A stretch of 64,000 nt of DNA from Trichoplax adhaerens. Taxonomy: Eukaryota; Animalia; Placozoa. Below, in pieces: positions 63,171-64,000 of this stretch (the first letter of the stretch is position 1; each line of letters begins with the position of its first letter). The position numbers were made by a program, and so were the translations under genes. The stretch lies in assembly GCF_000150275.1 (NCBI RefSeq), contig NW_002060968.1, positions 229,797 through 293,796 of the forward strand, written 5' to 3'. A model generated the notes under the pieces. That model was not told the DNA's origin, did no database searches, and saw only the letters and a program-made list of their open reading frames with translations.

Positions 63171-64000
63171 TGCGCCACAAGTAGGACTGCAATTATTCAA
63201 ATGAGTATTTAAAACAAGTTGTTTGTTGTTAATTCGTTGTTTGTGAAGCTGTTGATAGAATGGGCTAGTTAGTGATCATGTCGGCAAGGACTGTTGATGT
63301 TGGATGACAACAGTCTTGCCGGCGTTGCAATATCCCACTGGTGTATCATGGACTAGGACAAGCAAAGGAAAAACCTTCCACCTTTTGGTTGTCTATGGCT
63401 GTACCTAGCCACCAGCGCTCGAGTTTTGCGTTGGGTGAGCTTTCTTAGCAATTCATCGGAGGCTCTTAATGACTGTATAATGAACCGTTGCATGACCCAT
63501 TAATCAGCGTGTTGTAACTTACTCATGCGATGCAAATAGATGAATATCATCCAGTTCATGCTGCCATTAGATCATGAAATACACTACAGTACGGGATGCC
63601 TTTCTCTGCTCGCGTCCTTCAGTACAAAATCATGTCGAGACCTATCCCATTTTGGGTCATTCTGCTATACGGTTTCGACGAAACCGTCGACCATACTGCA
63701 CAAAACCAACCTGGTATCGACAGCAATGCGCATGTTTCTCATGGATAGTATAGTGGGCCATGACAGACATGGGATACAGTTGAAATGACCACAAAACAAT
63801 CGATTACTTACCTGTTTCAGTAGAGTATATGGCGCTTTCCGTCCTTCCTTCCTTTCCTACAGTACCACAGTGTACAGTACAGTACAATACTGTTGCTGCG
63901 TGCAGTACAGTACTCTAGTGGACAGGAATGTTGACTGGTGTGAATCCACTTATTCTCATCTGCTTCATACTATTACATACACGTGATACAGCTGAAATGA

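Overview
This is AT-rich eukaryotic genomic DNA with short GT-AG introns. Gene content and composition fit a basal animal, most likely a placozoan such as Trichoplax; that assignment is inference, not a database hit. Left to right: (1) about 14.6 kb of gene-poor sequence containing a decayed 63-75 bp repeat that was probably once coding (~8.6-10 kb); (2) an intronless rhodopsin-class GPCR (+); (3) two tandem 8-exon methionine aminopeptidase 2 genes (-), each with a different satellite array upstream; (4) LRRC59 (+), head-to-head with the second MetAP2; (5) a cluster of Roco genes (-); (6) a KLF zinc-finger gene (-) that the ORF track misses, with an RFX X-box-like site upstream. The Roco cluster is the main candidate for an undescribed system. 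It holds two intact 8-exon genes encoding TPR array - death domain - Roc GTPase - COR - death domain proteins (~1852 and ~1765 aa, assembled by hand from splice sites), a decayed Roc-COR copy between them, and a decayed TPR fragment upstream. The two genes share a gap-free, ~99% identical 2.46-kb tract covering the Roc-COR exon and its intron flanks, while their TPR arrays (15 vs 13 repeats, hypervariable on one helix) and death domains are strongly diverged. All 7 introns are phase 1. This looks like an NLR-analogous immune or cell-death receptor family built on a GTPase switch.
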